Below are positions 44,702-48,000 of a stretch of 48,000 nt of DNA, one piece after another. The notes beneath the pieces were generated by a model that was not told the DNA's origin, searched no databases, and saw nothing but the letters and a program-made list of their open reading frames with translations. The stretch covers positions 16,622 to 64,621 of the forward strand of contig JANBVI010000072.1 in assembly GCA_024239075.1 (NCBI GenBank), read 5' to 3'. Origin of the DNA: Fischerella sp. CENA71 (GTDB lineage Bacteria > Cyanobacteriota > Cyanobacteriia > Cyanobacteriales > Nostocaceae). Within the stretch, counting starts at the first letter, position 1. Each line of letters begins with the position of its first letter. A program made the position numbers and the translations under genes.

Positions 44702-45430
44702 TCATTTTTCCTGAATAGCGATCGCCTGCAAGTACTGAATTCTTTCTTTTTGCTTATCTGCTAACAACTCTGATTTACTAAGGTTTTGTATAAGAGTAGA
44801 ACCTACCTGTCCTAATTTGCCAGGTTCAGCTAATTTGAGAGCTTCTGCTAATGCTTCGTACCATAAATCTGCTTGAGCATAAATATTAACTCTCTGAGAA
44901 ACATTCATTGTGTCAAGCAGTTTACTTTTAACAGTCGATGGTAGAGCTACAACTATAAATTCTGATCTCGCTATTAAAGCAGTATCTGGACAACGAATTG
45001 CTACTTGCCAAAGATATTTTTTACCTATAATTAGTCCAGGCTGGTTCTCTGGTAGGGCGAGTTTAAAAATTCCTGCTGTCACCTGTTTTTCGACTGGATT
45101 ACCTAATTGTTTCGGTAAACTATTTGAATCGAATTCAAAAAGCCTAAACTCTATTTGCTGGGAACTGGATATAAACCCAGCAAAGGTGGGATGTGAAGTC
45201 GCTGTATACCCAACATATGTTTTCGGAGCAAGGAGTGTCAAAGGTATTGGTTCACCTGGACATCCTCTAGCTCCTCCAGTCCGAGAATAATCACTTGCAG
45301 GTTTTCGATGACGCGGTGCAAAACCAGCTATTGCAGTTGGTGTCAAGAAAAGTAATAAGCCTAAAATATAGGCAGTTAGTAGTTTAGGGTTCATAGGTTT
45401 GCAGAGCAAACACAATATTTGAACGTTCAT
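44702..45430 (-). CDS. DUF928 domain-containing secreted protein
   Basis: 242 aa. Signal peptide (LLTAYILGLLLFLTPTAIAG), then RTGGARGCPG...LTLLAPKTYVGYTATSHPTFAGF...EFRLFE...KYLWQVAIRCP, which matches my recollection of the DUF928 pattern (GxRG.C ... L.P ... T....PTF.W ... W.V). Confidence 0.65.
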   Translation of the reverse strand: MNVQILCLLCKPMNPKLLTAYILGLLLFLTPTAIAGFAPRHRKPASDYSRTGGARGCPGEPIPLTLLAPKTYVGYTATSHPTFAGFISSSQQIEFRLFEFDSNSLPKQLGNPVEKQVTAGIFKLALPENQPGLIIGKKYLWQVAIRCPDTALIARSEFIVVALPSTVKSKLLDTMNVSQRVNIYAQADLWYEALAEALKLAEPGKLGQVGSTLIQNLSKSELLADKQKERIQYLQAIAIQEK

Positions 45431-45450
45431 AATTGTTGCTTATTTAAACT

Positions 45451-47376
45451 TTAAAAAAGAGCTTTCAGCCAATTTTTAATACCTTGGTTGTTATTTATAC
45501 TACTTACTAATGGCCAGGTTATTTGACACACAGTACCTTTCGGAGAAAGAGACTCTCGCTTAAAATTACCACCTAAATTTCTTGCTACATTTTTGAGTTG
45601 ATTTGTACCTTTACTTTCACAGGATGAGTTGATACCAGAACCATTATCTTTAATTATTAGAGTGTAGCAACCTTGCTTTTCTTTTCCAGTCGCTTCGACC
45701 CGTCTGACTCCTTTAGCGTGTTTCCCTACATTACATAAACTTTCTTCAAGAAATAGACAAAGTTCTCGCTTTTGTTCCAGACTCAAGTATTTATCATCAA
45801 TTGGTTCAAATGTACGAGTTTTCACCTTGAGAGTTTCTAAGTATTCCAGGTCATCTCGCTCAAGTGTACTTGTGTATACTTCATATAAAAGTTCGTGAAT
45901 TGAGCGTTTTAAATCAAGCTTTAAACCACTTCCCAAGCGCAAACTTTCTTCTGGAGAAAGAGCTTTTAGTTTCAGATATTCGCCAATTCCTCGGATTTCG
46001 TGATTGAGTTTTTCAAGTTCCCACAGAAGTTTATCGTGTGGTAAATCCTGCGCTCGCATATGTCTTAAAGCATGAGCTAGGGTTTGCAATGGTCCATTAT
46101 GAATCACATCAAATGTATGTTCAATAGTGCGTTGACGTTCCTTAATTTGAAACTTTAAAGCCTGATCATGTTGATAGAATGCAAATGCACTAAGTCCTAA
46201 ACCATTAATTCCTAAGATTAACAAACCTGGTACTACAGGTATCCACCATCCCGGTACAATTAGTAAATAACCTATTCCGATTAAGCAAAAGCTAATAGCG
46301 CCAACAGCTAATAAGTTCTTCCATACAGATTGAGTCATTCTACCGATAATAATAGGTACAAAACCCCAAATAATAATCCATAGATATTCCCATGGTTCAG
46401 ACCAAACTTTTAAAAGTGGTCGTTGTTCTAAAACTGCATTAATTATTTGAGAACAAGCATGAGCATGAAATTCGACTCCTGAAACTTGCCCAGGAATTTT
46501 TAAAGAAGCAATTGCCGAAGTATTAAAAAAATCAGGTACGCTGGAGGCATTGATCCCAATTAAAACTATACGATCGCGCAGCCAATTTGGCGCAAAATTT
46601 CCAGTTTTTATATCTTTGAGAGATAAAATACGAAAAGGTTCTCTTCCAGTACGAAAATTTAGCAGTGTCTTTACACCATCTGCATTTGCTCCTACATATC
46701 CCCCTGAATTGGGTAAAAAGCGAGGAATTTCAACTGTGTTAAATCGTATCGTATCGGGATCACGTATACCAGTTTCGAGGGTAATCCCTTGAGCAGATAA
46801 ATATGCTGCTGTTAACCGCAGAGATAGAGAAAACTTATCCTGTTTGGGATTTTGGGGATTAGTTGTCCAAAGCAAATAACGTCGATATTTGCCATCTTGA
46901 TCTGCAATCAGATCAGAAAAACCGACTTGTTGTTGAGGTAATTGTGGAGGAGGTGGAATTTGATCTGGTGATAATACTTTTTCAATACCGATGAGATTTT
47001 TATTCACCTGAAATGTTTTCACCAGTTGGCTATTACCAGGCTCAATGGGTATATCCTTAACAATATCAAGACCAATGACTCTTGGTTTATAGCTCTCTAT
47101 TGTGCCGATCAAGTCAGCAATTTCTCGATCTGGGATGGGATAGCGCCCTACACTGCGGATATCTGCTTCATTAATACCAATGATCACAACTTTTTTATCC
47201 ATTTGTTCTGGAGGACGCAAATGCAGAAATGTATCAAGTGCTACCCACTCCAAAAATTGCAGCGATCCCGTTAAACGCAAAATTATCACAATTGCTAAGA
47301 GTATTATTCCTGGAAGTGCTGCTTGTTGCCAAATAGCAATTTCATTTTTAATTTTTTCCCAAGTAAGCCATCTCAT
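45451..47376 (-). CDS. CHASE2-domain sensor histidine kinase (CHASE2 + TM helices + HisKA_3-like + HATPase_c)
   Basis: 641 aa. N-terminal TM, then a periplasmic block (VVIIGINEADIRSVGRYPIPDREIADLI...GFSDLIADQDGKYRRY...) typical of CHASE2, three TM helices, and a C-terminal ATPase (LCNVGKHAKG...IIKDNGSGI...). Confidence 0.8.
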   Translation of the reverse strand: MRWLTWEKIKNEIAIWQQAALPGIILLAIVIILRLTGSLQFLEWVALDTFLHLRPPEQMDKKVVIIGINEADIRSVGRYPIPDREIADLIGTIESYKPRVIGLDIVKDIPIEPGNSQLVKTFQVNKNLIGIEKVLSPDQIPPPPQLPQQQVGFSDLIADQDGKYRRYLLWTTNPQNPKQDKFSLSLRLTAAYLSAQGITLETGIRDPDTIRFNTVEIPRFLPNSGGYVGANADGVKTLLNFRTGREPFRILSLKDIKTGNFAPNWLRDRIVLIGINASSVPDFFNTSAIASLKIPGQVSGVEFHAHACSQIINAVLEQRPLLKVWSEPWEYLWIIIWGFVPIIIGRMTQSVWKNLLAVGAISFCLIGIGYLLIVPGWWIPVVPGLLILGINGLGLSAFAFYQHDQALKFQIKERQRTIEHTFDVIHNGPLQTLAHALRHMRAQDLPHDKLLWELEKLNHEIRGIGEYLKLKALSPEESLRLGSGLKLDLKRSIHELLYEVYTSTLERDDLEYLETLKVKTRTFEPIDDKYLSLEQKRELCLFLEESLCNVGKHAKGVRRVEATGKEKQGCYTLIIKDNGSGINSSCESKGTNQLKNVARNLGGNFKRESLSPKGTVCQITWPLVSSINNNQGIKNWLKALF

Positions 47377-47516
47377 AAGATTTTGACATGATTTAAAAGT
47401 TCACTAGTCCATAGGCTCATCTCTTAAAATGCAAATTTTTTGGAAGTTACAAAACCCTAACTGGATGAACATTATAAAATGTGCATCTTCAGAGTAATGA
47501 ATAATGTGACTAATGA

Positions 47517-47984
47517 TTAATCTATTAATCCTTCTTCTTTAGCACGAATTTCAGTTTGAATACGAATATTCTTACCTTCTCTTTTACAGTCTTCAGGATA
47601 AATACCTAGTACATCTTGGATTTTCGTCCAGTACGTACGTATTGCTCGTTCCGATTTGTACATTCGCTCGGAAATGAGCTTGTCTGTCAACCCTTCTTCA
47701 AATGCTAATCGTAGCACCTCCAACCATTCTGGCTTCAATTCTAATCCTGTTTTGATATCTTTTGTATGAGTCGCTCCTTGTAGTGCTAAGTTAAACCTAG
47801 TTAACATTTCCTTTTCAGAGAGTCCTTTATCTGCGATCGCAAAGCCACCTTGATGGTTATCAATCTCATGTTTGATCCGCACCAGCGCTTTAACATAACT
47901 ACTTTGCACTAAGAAATTTAAATTCAGGTAGTTCTTGAGTAATTCTTGAAGTAAGTTAATACCCGTATCAATTTGGGCAGTCAT
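47517..47984 (-). CDS. Small LuxR/GerE-type HTH protein without a receiver domain
   Basis: 155 aa. The C-terminal EWLEVLRLAFEEGLTDKLISERMYKSERAIRTYWTKIQDVLG fits the LuxR-type HTH pattern. The N-terminal 90 aa show no REC acidic pocket. Confidence 0.5.
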   Translation of the reverse strand: MTAQIDTGINLLQELLKNYLNLNFLVQSSYVKALVRIKHEIDNHQGGFAIADKGLSEKEMLTRFNLALQGATHTKDIKTGLELKPEWLEVLRLAFEEGLTDKLISERMYKSERAIRTYWTKIQDVLGIYPEDCKREGKNIRIQTEIRAKEEGLID

Positions 47985-48000
47985 TCCAGGTTTTTCTGGT

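Overview
Cyanobacterial, probably Nostocales-like, accessory region: HIP1 GCGATCGC sites are frequent and heptameric STRR-type tandem repeats fill several spacers. Order, left to right. (1) A NarL/LuxR-type response regulator and a HisKA_3 histidine kinase on the minus strand; the kinase is cut by the window edge. (2) A ~10 kb double-glycine peptide export locus. It has five small precursor genes (three tandem paralogues plus two divergent ones), four of which are followed by a clear stem-loop. Behind them lie a tandem cNMP-binding protein, a HlyD-type adaptor, a C39-peptidase ABC exporter and a second, apparently peptidase-dead ABC exporter. This is the bacteriocin/NHLM-type transport cassette already described in cyanobacteria. 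(3) A decayed 1.5 kb junction with an IS110-family transposase remnant. (4) A ~21 kb NRPS locus: an SbnA/SbnB-type L-2,3-diaminopropionate synthase pair, three NRPS genes (C*-A-T-C-A-T / C-A-T / C-A-T-C-A-T-TE, five modules) and an MFS exporter. After a 1 kb AT-rich spacer come a DevB/DevC-like adaptor and permease with no ATPase. (5) A minus-strand redox operon: VOC-like protein, StyA-like flavin monooxygenase, GST-like protein and two tandem GMC oxidoreductases. (6) A DUF928 protein, a CHASE2 histidine kinase and a small LuxR-type HTH protein. Most notable: four of the five A domains share the acidic pocket signature DIWELTADDK next to the Dap-synthesis genes, which predicts an orphan polycationic diamino-acid-rich pentapeptide. 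A 1.57 kb near-identical direct repeat has copied a whole A domain between two NRPS genes. The first C domain is vestigial. A G-rich repeat element also present in the flanking spacers sits in frame inside the C39 ABC exporter. No rRNA, tRNA or CRISPR array was recognised.
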